Positions 27,483 through 36,929 are shown, counted from the stretch's first letter. The stretch is DNA of 40,654 nt from an uncultured Gammaproteobacteria bacterium (GCA_964431555.1 CAYSJW010000019.1:1-40654); one strand, 5' to 3'. The notes: generated by a model from the letters alone, not told the origin. A program made the numbers and translations.

Positions 27483-28320
27483 GTTCAGATTTAATTTTAC
27501 CAGATAACGTCCTTAAATTATTCAAAGCTTCTATAGTTTCGCCTAAATTTGGCGGCTTTCCATGCCATTCAGGAAGATTCTCCATAAACTCAACTCCCTT
27601 ACCCGGAATAGTTCTACATATAATCACTGTCGGATTTTCATGAATTGCTTTTGCCATATTGACTGCTTCAACTATCGCTTCAATATTGTGGCCATCAATT
27701 TCTAAAACTGACCAGTTAAACGACTCGTATTTTGCCCTAAGAGGTTCAAGCGGCATAATATCTTCTGTGTATCCGTCAATTTGAATATTGTTTCTATCAA
27801 CTAAGACAGTTAAATTGGAAAGATTGTTTTTACCAGCAAACATTACTCCCTCCCAGTGATTACCCTCCTGATGTTCTCCGTCGGAAGTTAGACAAAAAAT
27901 CCTAAACCTTCTTCCATCCATTCTTGCCGCGTACGCGTAGCCGGCAGCTTGCGCCAAACCAGATCCCAACGGTCCCGAAGTTATCTCAATACCCGGAAGT
28001 CTTTCTCTTTCCGGATGTCCTTGAAGCCGAGAACCCAACTTCCTTAAAGTCGCCAGCTCCTCACAGGGGAAAAAACCGGCATAAGCTAAGGTTGCATAAA
28101 GTAGCGGACAGATGTGCCCATTTGAAAGAAAAAGTCTATCCCTCTCCTCCCAATTTGGATTTTTTGAATCATAATTCATTACCCCCCCGAAATAAAGCGC
28201 TGTAAAAACATCCGCCATTCCCAAAGAACCAGCCGAGTGTCCGCTTCCCGCTTCAAGAAGCATTTTTATCACATCTTCACGGATTTCACCTGCTTTTCTC
28301 TGGAGATCCTCAATATACAT
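27475..28320 (-). CDS. tkt: Transketolase, N-terminal (TPP-binding) subunit
   Basis: SGHSAGSL, RDRLFLSNGH, RLQGHP, SGPLGSG, SDGEHQEG, DRNNIQIDG, WHGK. ATG at 28320 preferred. Confidence 0.95.
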   Translation of the reverse strand: MYIEDLQRKAGEIREDVIKMLLEAGSGHSAGSLGMADVFTALYFGGVMNYDSKNPNWEERDRLFLSNGHICPLLYATLAYAGFFPCEELATLRKLGSRLQGHPERERLPGIEITSGPLGSGLAQAAGYAYAARMDGRRFRIFCLTSDGEHQEGNHWEGVMFAGKNNLSNLTVLVDRNNIQIDGYTEDIMPLEPLRAKYESFNWSVLEIDGHNIEAIVEAVNMAKAIHENPTVIICRTIPGKGVEFMENLPEWHGKPPNLGETIEALNNLRTLSGKIKSEHE

Positions 28321-28346
28321 AAAAAGGCAATATTCCAAATCCAACT

Positions 28347-28979
28347 TCAGGTCATAAATGCTTTCTCTCGACAAACCTTGCAATGAGAATGGTCTATTTT
28401 GGAAAACTCATGCTCAATTTTCTCTATCGCGGGCAAAACCTCCGATTTTCTTTCTACTATTTCAAAAACGTCCAGCTCATCTTTACTCAAATTAAGGTTT
28501 TCCTTAAAACACCTTATAATGTTTTTCCAGAAACTTCCATACAAAATAAATGGCTTATGATGTCCATGATAAAGCTTTGCCAAAACCCACGCGGTTCCAA
28601 ACTCTGAAATAGTACCTGAACCTCCCCTGAAGATAATATACATATCGGCATGTTCAAGCAGTTTAAACATCCGGTCGATATAATTGGTTGTCACAATTTC
28701 CCGATCAGGAATATTTCCGACATACCTTCCCTCAAAACCAGGGGCATTTTCCGGATAAAAGGTCACTGTCAAGGTTTCCCCTCCTCCCTCCTCGGCCCCG
28801 TGAGTGGCCGCATCCATAACCCCCGGTCCTCCACCGTTAACAATGGTATAACCTTTGGAAGCCAAAAGCTTTGCCACATCAAAGGCCTGTTTATATAAAG
28901 GGCTTATTTTTTTTGCCGACGCATCCCCAAAAAAGGCAATGTTTTTAATTAAAGGCCTTGGCAAATAATCTTCACTCAT
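28347..28979 (-). CDS. LOG-family protein (putative nucleoside monophosphate phosphoribohydrolase)
   Basis: NGGGPGVMDAA...GAEEGGG and RGGSGTISE (PGGxGTxxE variant). Confidence 0.85.
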   Translation of the reverse strand: MSEDYLPRPLIKNIAFFGDASAKKISPLYKQAFDVAKLLASKGYTIVNGGGPGVMDAATHGAEEGGGETLTVTFYPENAPGFEGRYVGNIPDREIVTTNYIDRMFKLLEHADMYIIFRGGSGTISEFGTAWVLAKLYHGHHKPFILYGSFWKNIIRCFKENLNLSKDELDVFEIVERKSEVLPAIEKIEHEFSKIDHSHCKVCREKAFMT

Positions 28980-29026
28980 ATTAAAAATCTACAAAAAAGG
29001 GCTTTAGAGATTAAACTTATTAACAC

Positions 29027-29674
29027 TTAATTATCTCCTATTATTTTCTCTAATCTCTCTATATTTTCAATAAAATCATCCTTAAAAAGAGTTCTGCCTA
29101 TGGATACTTCGTCAGCTCCAGCAGAAACTATTCTTTTAATATTATCAAAATTTACTCCCCCATCAACATGGATTTTAAAAGGTGTTTCATCTTTCCTTCT
29201 TATTAAATCAAGTTTTTTTATTTTCTCCAAAACATCCTCATGGAACTTTTGCCCACCAAACCCAGCTTTGACACTCATCACCAAAACCACATCTAAGTTA
29301 TTAAGAATATCCGAATCTAAACTTTCAACCGGAGTTTCCAAATCAATAGCTAAACCTACTTTCACCCCAACTTCCTGAACCTTTCCAACAAATTCAGATT
29401 GAGAAGTCATCCTTTCTATATGACCTATAATCCTATCAGCTTGACCTCTTATACATCTTTCAATCCAATTAACAGGCTCCAGAACCATTAAGTGGTAATC
29501 TAAGTTAAAACTCGTGTCAATATCAGAGAAAAGATCTGGCGTAACAGTCTTATTATCAACAAATTTCCCATCAATAATATCAATAGAAACTCTTTTTAAT
29601 ACACCTTCACACTTATGTAAGATTTCTTTTGCTTCGTTAAAATCGGTAGTTAAAATTGAAGAAACTATTTCCAT
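29027..29674 (-). CDS. rpe: Ribulose-phosphate 3-epimerase
   Basis: IDIIDGKFVDN, DYHLMV, VLVMSVKAGFGGQKF, VDGGVN. Confidence 0.92.
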   Translation of the reverse strand: MEIVSSILTTDFNEAKEILHKCEGVLKRVSIDIIDGKFVDNKTVTPDLFSDIDTSFNLDYHLMVLEPVNWIERCIRGQADRIIGHIERMTSQSEFVGKVQEVGVKVGLAIDLETPVESLDSDILNNLDVVLVMSVKAGFGGQKFHEDVLEKIKKLDLIRRKDETPFKIHVDGGVNFDNIKRIVSAGADEVSIGRTLFKDDFIENIERLEKIIGDN

Positions 29675-29744
29675 CCTTAATTTCCTTTAATTAAAGGTTT
29701 AATACTTTCCATAATATACAAATTTAACCAGTTAAAGTTTCTTC

Positions 29745-30857
29745 CTAATCGTTTCTAAAAGATAAGGTTATTGGATCGCTTGGAGCTTTATCAATATTTA
29801 ACCTTTGTCCAACTCTTATCACCTGTTCAATCAATCTATTGGCATAGCCCCATTCGTTATCATACCAAGCAAAAACCTTAACTAAATTTCCTCCAACCAC
29901 TTGAGTAAGCGATAGATCAACAATAGCAGATTCGCTTCTCCCGATTATATCACTTGATACCAAAGGTTCATCAGAAACAGCCAATATTCCCTTGTACAAG
30001 GCATTTTCCTCTGCAGCTTTTTTCAAAGAATTATTAACTTCATCAACAGTTACATTCTTTTTTAATAAAAAGGTAAAATCAGAAATGGATCCAGTTGCAG
30101 TTGGAACCCTTATAGCCACACCATCAAAGCGGTTCTTCAAATCAGGAATTGTTTCGGTTGTTGCAACTGCTGCACCCGTTGTTGTTGGAATTATATTTTC
30201 CGCCGCGGCTCTAGCTCTACGCAAGTCTCTGTGAGAATTATCTTGTAAATTCTGGTCATCCGTATATGAATGAATTGTGGTCATCAAAGCCTTTTCAATC
30301 CCAAATGCTGAATGAATCACAGCAGCAACAGGTGCAATACAATTCGTCGTACAACTAGCGTTATTTATAACTTGAGCCTTGCCATCGTATTCATTCACCC
30401 CCAAAACATAAGTGCCTACATTTCCTCCCTTTGAAGGAGCTGAAATCACCACCCTCTTCGCCCCACCCAAAGCATGCTTTTTAGCTTCCTCTTCTGAAGT
30501 AAATTTACCCGTTGATTCAATGACCACATCTACCCCGTAATTTTTCCAGGGGATTCTCGCCGGATCCCTTTGAGCTAAAACCGGAATCCTTTTATTCTTT
30601 TCTCCCACCAAAAGATAACCAATCAAAGGATCTTCATCTGTTACCTCCTTGGGATCTTTTAGATTCTGACTCTGAACATTAAACTCAAACTTACGATACA
30701 TTGTGTCATAATTAACCAGATGAGCCCAACCTGAAGCATCCATACTCCCCGAGGTGTTTATAGCAGTTATATCCATCTCATTCCAATGTTTTAGAAGCCA
30801 AATTCTAAAGGCAATCCTTCCTATCCTTCCAAATCCATTTATACCAACTTTTATCAT
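29745..30857 (-). CDS. gap: Type I glyceraldehyde-3-phosphate dehydrogenase
   Basis: GINGFGRIGR, ESTG, NASCTTNC, RRARAAA, WYDNEWGY. Confidence 0.97.
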   Translation of the reverse strand: MIKVGINGFGRIGRIAFRIWLLKHWNEMDITAINTSGSMDASGWAHLVNYDTMYRKFEFNVQSQNLKDPKEVTDEDPLIGYLLVGEKNKRIPVLAQRDPARIPWKNYGVDVVIESTGKFTSEEEAKKHALGGAKRVVISAPSKGGNVGTYVLGVNEYDGKAQVINNASCTTNCIAPVAAVIHSAFGIEKALMTTIHSYTDDQNLQDNSHRDLRRARAAAENIIPTTTGAAVATTETIPDLKNRFDGVAIRVPTATGSISDFTFLLKKNVTVDEVNNSLKKAAEENALYKGILAVSDEPLVSSDIIGRSESAIVDLSLTQVVGGNLVKVFAWYDNEWGYANRLIEQVIRVGQRLNIDKAPSDPITLSFRND

Positions 30858-30905
30858 ACCTTTTTCAGTTTAGCAAAACTTAGCAAAAATCAAAAGCTGG
30901 AAAAT

Positions 30906-31607
30906 CTAAACAGAGTGCCATTTATGAACAGGGTGATGTAAAAAAAACGTATAAATTGTCTTTTTGAAATATCTAATGAGATACAAAGGATCGCTTTTTA
31001 ACCTCCTCCCCGAGATTGGCATTACCAAGGAAGGAACAAAAACTATTTTACCTTGTGAACAAAGATGACAAGCTATATCTTGATCTTCATGAACTTTGCT
31101 ATCATTCTCATGAAATCTAATCCCATTTAGCGTATATTTCCTTACGGCAAAATTAGGCCCGCTTAACTGATAATGTCCAAAAAACATCCTTATGAGATAA
31201 AAATTCATTAAAAAAAGAAATCTCGAAATATATTTAAGCAAAATTCCCTGATCAAAAAATTCATCACTCCCAGTTACTGCAACTACCTTTGGATCCTCTT
31301 CAAAAACCTCGTAAATCCTGCTAAGCCAGTTTTTGGGAGGAATTGCATCAGCGTCAGTTCTGGCAATAATTTCTCCAAGTGCTTTGGAAAATCCTTTATT
31401 TCGTGCATACGAAAGCCCAGTTTTCCTTTCAAAAACCAAACGAACTTTATACTGTTTCGCAATAGATGAAGTATTATCTGTGGAGGCATTATCTACCACT
31501 ATTACTTCGTAACTCTGAAAGTCTTGCCTCAAAAGTGCTTCAAGACAACTCCCTAAGTATTTTTCTTCATTCCTAGCTGGTACAACTACTGAAATCAGAG
31601 GTTTCAT
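30906..31607 (-). CDS. Family 2 glycosyltransferase
   Basis: ISVVVPARNEE, VVDNASTD, ARNKG, TDAD (DxD), HED. Confidence 0.92.
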   Translation of the reverse strand: MKPLISVVVPARNEEKYLGSCLEALLRQDFQSYEVIVVDNASTDNTSSIAKQYKVRLVFERKTGLSYARNKGFSKALGEIIARTDADAIPPKNWLSRIYEVFEEDPKVVAVTGSDEFFDQGILLKYISRFLFLMNFYLIRMFFGHYQLSGPNFAVRKYTLNGIRFHENDSKVHEDQDIACHLCSQGKIVFVPSLVMPISGRRLKSDPLYLIRYFKKTIYTFFLHHPVHKWHSV

Positions 31608-31768
31608 AAAATAAAATTATAAAAATATTAAATCAAAAAATACCGTTTAATAATTTATATACCATTATATTTTTCAAAAAACAAAATTAAACGATGAAAA
31701 AAATATCCGTTTAGTTTAGAATAACAAATTGGACAATTAACCCTAAAAATTTAAGAGTAAATTTTTTT

Positions 31769-33019
31769 ATGAATATTGCAATATTTACAGATACTTATTT
31801 ACCTGAAATAAACGGGGTCTCTATTTCAGTTTTTCAATTGGCAAATGAACTTTCAAAGAATAACAAGGTAATTGTTTTTTGCCCAAAATACCCAAAAGGA
31901 AACAACAAAGGCAAAGGTGAATTTAAAATAGTCAGAATAAAATCAGTACCCTTGCCAATTTACAAAACCTTAAGGTTCTCTCTACCCAACTTACTATCTA
32001 TCTACAAAACATTAAAAAAATTCAAACCGGACATTACCCACTTTCACTCTCCGGGTCCTTTAGGTATTGCCTGTCTAATAATCTCAAAATACCTTAAAAT
32101 ACCCGTCATTGCCACCTATCACACTCTTTACAACGAACTTATTTTTTACGTATCCCCCATAGAAAAGATTAAAAAATTGCTATCGGAAAAAATTTTAGAA
32201 AACTTGTGGTCAACACAAAAACCAGTTAAGAAATTTACTTTCGTTTGGAAAAAAATTTGGAAAAATAATCGCAAAAAAGAAAGCCGGCTGGAAAAAATAA
32301 CCTGGAAAGCAATAAAAGAATTTCACGCATCTTGTAATAAGATAATAATTCCTTCACCTTTCGTTAAAAAACTGATGGACAAAAAGGGATTAAAAGGCAA
32401 AACGATAAACATCTTTAATGGAGTTGATATATTTAAAAAATTTCCTGCAAAAAAGGATTACTCACTTAAAAATAACATTCTTTTTGTGGGAAGACTGGCT
32501 GAAGAAAAAAGATTAGATTTATTGATCAAATCTTTTTATTTAGCTAAGAAAGTCTTACCCAATTTAATCCTAACAATTTCAGGTGATGGTCCTGAAATGG
32601 AGAGATTAAAAAAACTCACTGCAAAACTAAATATCGAAAACTCCGTAAAATTTCTGGGAATGGTTCCTCAAGAAAAACTTACCCAAATTTACCATAACTC
32701 GGATATCTTTGTAATTACTTCAAAGACTGAAAACCAACCCCTGGTTGTCTTGGAAGCAATGGCATCAGGTTTACCAATAATAGGAGTCAAAAAACACGGT
32801 CTCACCGACCTCATAGATAATTCTGTCAACGGATACTTACTAGATCCAAAAAATATAAAGCTTTTATCAAAATACATAATCAAATTAATAAAAAATCAAA
32901 AACTTCGAGAAAAATTAGGTAAAAATTCCAGAAGAAAAGCAAAAGACTACGACATTCAAAAAACTGCCTCTAAAACATTTGATCTTTATAAAAGCATCAT
33001 TCAAAAAAAAACTAACTAA
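31769..33019 (+). CDS. Family 4 (GT-B) glycosyltransferase, diacylglycerol glucosyltransferase-like
   Basis: FTDTYLPEINGVS, ATYHT, VGRLAEEK, GDGP, ENQPLVVLEAMASG. Confidence 0.92.
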   Translation: MNIAIFTDTYLPEINGVSISVFQLANELSKNNKVIVFCPKYPKGNNKGKGEFKIVRIKSVPLPIYKTLRFSLPNLLSIYKTLKKFKPDITHFHSPGPLGIACLIISKYLKIPVIATYHTLYNELIFYVSPIEKIKKLLSEKILENLWSTQKPVKKFTFVWKKIWKNNRKKESRLEKITWKAIKEFHASCNKIIIPSPFVKKLMDKKGLKGKTINIFNGVDIFKKFPAKKDYSLKNNILFVGRLAEEKRLDLLIKSFYLAKKVLPNLILTISGDGPEMERLKKLTAKLNIENSVKFLGMVPQEKLTQIYHNSDIFVITSKTENQPLVVLEAMASGLPIIGVKKHGLTDLIDNSVNGYLLDPKNIKLLSKYIIKLIKNQKLREKLGKNSRRKAKDYDIQKTASKTFDLYKSIIQKKTN

Positions 33020-33914
33020 GCGCCTCTATTCCTGGCAAAGTACCTTTAGCCAAAAATTCAAGCATTGCTCCACCACCAACTGAAATCCAATCAAATTTTT
33101 CTGTTAGTCCGTATTTGGAAATAGCAGCTTCTATATCTCCTCCACCAGCTACTTTAAAGGCTTTGAAATTATCAGCTATAGCTTGCAAGATCATTCTTGT
33201 TCCTTTACTGGCATTCTCATCTTCATACTTCCCCATCACACCCGCCGCCAATATCACATCCGCCTCCTTTATCTTTCCCACATAATCTTCGATTACCTCA
33301 TCTGAAATATCCAATCCATCCGATCGCAGAGTAACTCCGGGCAAAAGCCCTCCTTTCAAAACATATAAAAATTTATCCTTCATTTGTTCTGAAAATCTTT
33401 GCTTATCTTCGATTTTAGTTCCGCCAATAACCAAAACCCTTTTTCCTTGCCTTTCCCAAACTTTTGAAAGCATTTCAATTTCCTTTTCAAAACGAATTCC
33501 AGCACAAACGAATTTGGAGGAAGACCTAAAAAACTTTGGCAGGGCAACTATTGAAGTATGAACCCTGTGAGAAGTTGCAAATGATTCATTTATATAAACA
33601 TCCCAACCTTCTGCCAGCTCCCGTGCGAATTCAGAATTATTTTCTTTTTCCCTCGGATCTTTTCTCAAGCCGGAATAAAACTCAATCCCTGAAAATTCCT
33701 GGCTTAGTTGCGAGGCTAAATCATATTCCGTCTCAGTATGACCAATAACCTTAATTTTCAAAGCCCCCTTTTCCAAAAGAAATCTAATTATTTCCCTAAT
33801 CGAATTAGCTCTGGGGTTATCCCCATCATCAACATCGAAATCCCCCCTCACCAAGACATTTTTCCCTTCAAATTCTATTTGGCTGACTTTGGGAAAATTC
33901 AACATATCAAACAC
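33012..33914 (-). CDS. pgk: Phosphoglycerate kinase, unusually short (~300 aa)
   Basis: VRGDFDV, INESFATSHRVHTS, GGTKIEDK, GLDI, GVMGKYE, AGGGD, ISVGGGAMLEFL..GTLPG. Alternative ATG at 33905. Confidence 0.85.
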   Translation of the reverse strand: MFDMLNFPKVSQIEFEGKNVLVRGDFDVDDGDNPRANSIREIIRFLLEKGALKIKVIGHTETEYDLASQLSQEFSGIEFYSGLRKDPREKENNSEFARELAEGWDVYINESFATSHRVHTSIVALPKFFRSSSKFVCAGIRFEKEIEMLSKVWERQGKRVLVIGGTKIEDKQRFSEQMKDKFLYVLKGGLLPGVTLRSDGLDISDEVIEDYVGKIKEADVILAAGVMGKYEDENASKGTRMILQAIADNFKAFKVAGGGDIEAAISKYGLTEKFDWISVGGGAMLEFLAKGTLPGIEALS

Positions 33915-33993
33915 TTAATCATAAATTATATATCCTAGACCGTAAACCCCGAGTTTATATCCCCTCTAAATAAAGTTATCTAGATAATAAAAT

Positions 33994-34473
33994 TTAATTA
34001 TTCGCTTCAATTTTCCTTATTTCCTCTAAACGTCTTTTATGCCTTTCTTTTTTATCAAAGTCGGTTTTTAAGAAAGCCTCAACCATATTTTTTGCTTCAT
34101 TATAAGTAGTATAATCCGCGGCAATTACCAAGACATTCATGTCATCATCTCGCCTCCCTGCTTCAACCTGTTTAGCCGTCTTTCCGACAGAAGCTCTTAT
34201 CCCATCAAATTTATTAGCCGTCACATCAACACCAACCCCGCTTCCGCATAAAAGAATACCACGAGATTTTTTCTCTTTAGCAACCAGAGAAGCAACTTCA
34301 GAAGCATAAAGTGTATAATCATCTTCAGGATCAAAGTGGCTGGCGCCTACATCCAAAAATTCAAATCCGTTCTCATATAAAAGTTTTACAATCTTTTCTT
34401 TCAATTCAAAACCCCGATGGTCCGCGCCTATATAAACTTTTAGATCCTTGCCTTTATTTACAAGCTTTGACAT
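33994..34473 (-). CDS. rpiB: Ribose-5-phosphate isomerase B
   Basis: GADHRGF, DDY, GILLCGSGVG, ANKFDGIRA, RHKRR. Confidence 0.93.
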   Translation of the reverse strand: MSKLVNKGKDLKVYIGADHRGFELKEKIVKLLYENGFEFLDVGASHFDPEDDYTLYASEVASLVAKEKKSRGILLCGSGVGVDVTANKFDGIRASVGKTAKQVEAGRRDDDMNVLVIAADYTTYNEAKNMVEAFLKTDFDKKERHKRRLEEIRKIEANN

Positions 34474-34489
34474 TTATATACACCTAACT

Positions 34490-35149
34490 TTATAGAAAAC
34501 CTTCGACCAAATCCTGCAATTCCCTACCGGGATTTTCGGCTTTGACAATATCACTGGCTACTGCAATACCGCTTGCACCCAAACTCAGACTTACTCTTAC
34601 ATCATTTGTGTCCTTAATACCCGCTCCCACTATCAAAGGAATTCCCTTCTGTTTTGAAATTTCAACCGCTTTGGAAATAACCTCGGGCTTTTCTCTGGCA
34701 ACCGATGTTGTCAAACTACCCACCAATTCCGGAGGCTCATAAGATACATAATCAGGCTTCAATTCCAAAACTTTATCCAATTCGCGAAGATCCTTGGTAA
34801 AAATTAAAGTCCTCAAACCAACCTTTTTTGCTCTATTATTGGCAAGCTCAAGGTCAGAAAAATCTTTAAACCTTCTTTCTGAATGATTCAAGAAAGTACC
34901 AGAAGCCCCATCTTCATAGACAGCCTCGGGGATTATCGCGCCTGTGTGAGCGCCGTACTCAATAGGATCAATGTGCTGTGTCCAAATTTCCAGCTTTGAA
35001 ATCGACACTACTTCCTTCACATCGGCGGCTTGAACAACAGGAATTATCTTAATCTGCATCTTGCTGGCAACCTCTTCGATAACTTTGACCAAATAGAGAG
35101 CATTTTCCCCGCTTCCCTCTTTATAGGTTTTAAAATTCACAAAAATCAT
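34490..35149 (-). CDS. tpiA: Triosephosphate isomerase, short archaeal-type
   Basis: VNFKTY, QHID, GAHTG, LNHSE, YEPPELVG, VGAGI; about 219 aa. Confidence 0.92.
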   Translation of the reverse strand: MIFVNFKTYKEGSGENALYLVKVIEEVASKMQIKIIPVVQAADVKEVVSISKLEIWTQHIDPIEYGAHTGAIIPEAVYEDGASGTFLNHSERRFKDFSDLELANNRAKKVGLRTLIFTKDLRELDKVLELKPDYVSYEPPELVGSLTTSVAREKPEVISKAVEISKQKGIPLIVGAGIKDTNDVRVSLSLGASGIAVASDIVKAENPGRELQDLVEGFL

Positions 35150-35227
35150 CAAAATAAATATTCGTTATAAAACATTTTCCAGCAAAGAAATAATTTAGTT
35201 TAATAAAATAAATCTATACTCTACAAG

Positions 35228-35485
35228 CTAATCACCACCAATTTTCAATATTCCATCTATCTTTCCTTTGTCAAATCCTAAAACAGTTTCCTTTGTCCCG
35301 TCATCCCTAATTATCAAAGTAAAAGGAACTCCCATAAAACCATTAGATTCCAAAATCATCTCCTTTTGCGCAGAATCATCTAAGTCAATCAATTTTTCCT
35401 CAAAGGAAAAACCCTTTTCCGAAAGATAATCTTTTAACATTTTGCAATAAGGACAAGTTGTCGTTGAATAAATAATTATCTTCAT
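35228..35485 (-). CDS. Glutaredoxin/NrdH-like redoxin
   Basis: YSTTTCPYC, GVP, GFD. ATG at 35485 (MKIII) preferred. Confidence 0.9.
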   Translation of the reverse strand: MKIIIYSTTTCPYCKMLKDYLSEKGFSFEEKLIDLDDSAQKEMILESNGFMGVPFTLIIRDDGTKETVLGFDKGKIDGILKIGGD

Positions 35486-35486
35486 C

Positions 35487-36221
35487 TTAAGAAAAAAAGA
35501 AACCGATAATCTTGTACCAAAACGGTCCATCGATAGAGACTGTTTCTCCAGTTATAGCCGATACCTTTAAAGAAACTGGTACAGAATATTCAAAAAAATT
35601 AAAGATGTTAAAAACTTTTTCCCCTGAAAACGAATACTGAAGATCTCTTTTTTCCTCTTTAATCTCCAATAAATTATCCTTGACTCTGCTAATAAGCTTA
35701 GATTTTAAAACACCTCTTACTACATCTGATGGCAACATCGCCAAGAATCTTTCTCCACTTTCAGTTTTCAGCGATATTCTGGCAGATTTTGGATCTACCT
35801 GAATCGGATATTCCGTCAAAGCAAGAAATTTTCCCTGACTAATGCTAAATTTATTATCAACAACTCCTATGTTAAATCTTTGGACTTCAGCTCTCTCCTC
35901 AACCTCTATAAGATCCTCTCTGAATCCGTTTACACTTATCTCTCTACTTTCATTATCATTAAAAACACTTAAGCTTATTTTCCCATCATCTTTTCTAAGC
36001 TCAATTAGTGATTTAGGATTAACACTATCATCAAACACCTTTTTTACTTCAATGGATGAATGAGAAGGAACACTTATATCCAAACTGTCCTCTTGAGACA
36101 ATACCTTCCAGATAATCTCACCGTTTTTTCCAACAGACAAAACGCTGGCATAAACACTTGAAGAGCTCAAATTCAAAAAAATAACAAACAAAAACAAAAG
36201 AATAATGACTTTCTTAACCAT
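35487..36221 (-). CDS. Hypothetical exported protein
   Basis: Signal-peptide-like N-terminus ending VYA; beta-rich; C-terminal VSAITGETV..PFW. Confidence 0.7.
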   Translation of the reverse strand: MVKKVIILLFLFVIFLNLSSSSVYASVLSVGKNGEIIWKVLSQEDSLDISVPSHSSIEVKKVFDDSVNPKSLIELRKDDGKISLSVFNDNESREISVNGFREDLIEVEERAEVQRFNIGVVDNKFSISQGKFLALTEYPIQVDPKSARISLKTESGERFLAMLPSDVVRGVLKSKLISRVKDNLLEIKEEKRDLQYSFSGEKVFNIFNFFEYSVPVSLKVSAITGETVSIDGPFWYKIIGFFFS

Positions 36222-36284
36222 TAAATAAAGATACCACAGATTGAAAAATAAAAACCAGTATCCTTATATCTGCCCAAGAAGATT

Positions 36285-36782
36285 TTAGAAACTACCTTCA
36301 AGAACTTTCTTTTCCAAAGCATTGTCAAAAGCTTTTTCCAAGCTAACAACAACTTTAGGATAATCACTCAAATCTTTTGATGAAGTATAATCAAGCATCC
36401 AACCCCCCTTAGCCAACCTTAATTTCCCGGTTGATAGAAGCGAATAATCACCCTCCCCCTCGGTTCCTTTTGCCAACCATCCCTGATAAAAATAACCTTT
36501 TTCAGGGTCAGGCAGATCAACTAAAACACTATGACTAAATTTACCGTTCTCAAATTCCCTCGTTGCGATACCTGAACCCCCTGCCCCTCCAACATCTCTT
36601 AATTCAGCCTTATCAACGTTGTCAGGAATCTGGATATTAAACTTTTCTTCAATAGTCTCTTCAGAAGACAAAGTTTCCGGAATAACCATCTCCTCCTTAG
36701 GTTTTGAACGCTGCCTTATATAGATTACCCCAGCGAAAAGAAGCAAAACTGCAAGACCAATTACTATATCCCTATTTTTCAT
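36285..36782 (-). CDS. Membrane-anchored protein with anti-sigma-K (RskA C-terminal)-like domain
   Basis: N-terminal TM; LPDPEKGYFYQGWL...VVVSLE...VLEG pattern. ATG at 36782 preferred. Confidence 0.6.
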   Translation of the reverse strand: MKNRDIVIGLAVLLLFAGVIYIRQRSKPKEEMVIPETLSSEETIEEKFNIQIPDNVDKAELRDVGGAGGSGIATREFENGKFSHSVLVDLPDPEKGYFYQGWLAKGTEGEGDYSLLSTGKLRLAKGGWMLDYTSSKDLSDYPKVVVSLEKAFDNALEKKVLEGSF

Positions 36783-36929
36783 TAACAGAAGATTATCAAA
36801 TTTCTGGCCAAAAGTCAACGACAAGAGGCCTATTTTGCAAAATTATAAGATAGATAATCCCAACTAAAATTTTTCTATTTCCGCATATTTAACGCACTAT
36901 TTCCGCAAGATACACTTTATCTAAAAACC

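Noticed and set aside
279-36063. Numerous 60-130-aa ORFs nested in or antisense to long genes (e.g. 279-566, 2523-2795, 3025-3279, 5700-5963, 19882-20190, 21118-21507, 29100-29378, 35842-36063)
   Set aside because: They overlap genes with clear family motifs and carry no motifs of their own.
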